NCBI GenBank assembly: GCA_032718475.1
Contig: JAUCBJ010002167.1
Coordinates: forward strand, 14,877-78,876
Direction of reading: 5' to 3'
Source of the DNA: Nemertoderma westbladi
Taxonomy: Eukaryota; Animalia; Xenacoelomorpha
Length of the DNA: 64,000 nt
Shown: in pieces, positions 63,230 to 64,000 of the stretch
Layout of the letters: each line of letters starts with the position of its first letter
How positions within the stretch are numbered: position 1 is the stretch's first letter
The notes under the pieces: generated by a model
The model's database searches: none
What the model was told of the DNA's origin: nothing
The model's input: only the letters and a program-made list of their open reading frames with translations
Program-made: the position numbers and the translations under genes

Positions 63230-63945
63230 GTCCCATACTTTACCTAAAATAGTGAAATTTTTAGTTTATTCACAGAGATGTAACTCAGCCTAATCACCCA
63301 GTGGAATGCAAAGCACGTTTGTGTTGCATCATCGTATAAAACAATTAGTTTCATCTTCACTCCCTCAGAAATATCATGGCGGCCAATTGAAAATTGTCCC
63401 ATACTTTACCATCAAAATGGCGATTATATTAGTGCACTGTATTAATGTAATATGTGAAGCCATGAGTGTTATAATACTCTAAGGTCATAGTCGGCCGTAA
63501 GAATAGGAGTCTATATTTGAACTGAGAATCATTCCTCAGTCAAGAAATCCTTGGGTTTATGCATGTAAAGTCCCATACTTTACCAAAAAATAGTGAAATT
63601 TTTAATTTATACACAGAGAAGTAGTCTAACTCAGCCAAATCACCCAGTGGAATGCAAAGCACGTTTGTGTTGCGTCATCTTAAGAAACAATTACCTGTAG
63701 TTTCATAATCTACTCCCTCAGAAACATCATAACGGCCAATTGAAAATTGTCCCATACTTTACCATTATAATGGCGATTACATTAGTGCACTGTATTAATG
63801 TAATATATTAAACCTGGAGGGCAGGAGTGTTATAATGCTTTAGGGTGATTGTAGGGAAAAGCATAGAAGTATGTATTTGAACTAAGAATCATTCCTCAGT
63901 TAACTAATCTTTGAGTTTATGCATGTAAAGTCCCGTATTTTACAA
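63230..63945. repeat. ~340-360-bp diverged direct duplication (2 units plus the start of a third)
   Basis: gtcccatactttacc...cacccagtggaatgcaaagcacgtttgtgttgc at ~63230 and ~63570. Confidence 0.85.
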
Positions 63946-64000
63946 CAAATTTCAAAGAATTTAGTTTTTTAGCAGATAAGAAGATCGGTAAGTACAGTAA

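Overview
This is eukaryotic (metazoan, probably invertebrate) genomic DNA, about 85-90% transposable elements and repeats by eye. There is no prokaryotic operon, rRNA or CRISPR array. I reconstruct one apparently intact host gene on the minus strand that the ORF track misses as a unit: 4 exons (48884-48673, 6805-6655, 3522-3438, 2683-2460) encoding a 223-aa secreted PAN/Apple + TSP1-like protein. Its ~41.9-kb first intron holds a deeply nested element pile. An old BEL/Pao retrotransposon is split by three insertions: (i) a full-length L2/CR1-group LINE carrying an intact Tc1 in its tail, (ii) a young Mag-type Ty3/Gypsy with identical 160-bp LTRs, and (iii) a Polinton/Maverick shell (AGTAGT termini, 6-bp TSD) whose interior is largely replaced by two copies of a second BEL/Pao family. 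The most unusual item is in that second family. Downstream of pol it has an array of covarying double hairpins, then an extra ~800-codon frameshifted ORF combining a DEDDy (WRN/EXD/Mut-7-like) 3'-5' exonuclease with three CCHC zinc knuckles. Near the right end is a second Polinton/adintovirus fragment (uncharacterised terminal gene, RING finger, packaging ATPase), two satellites, RTE LINE copies and several MITEs. All assignments come from manual motif recognition; no database search was run.
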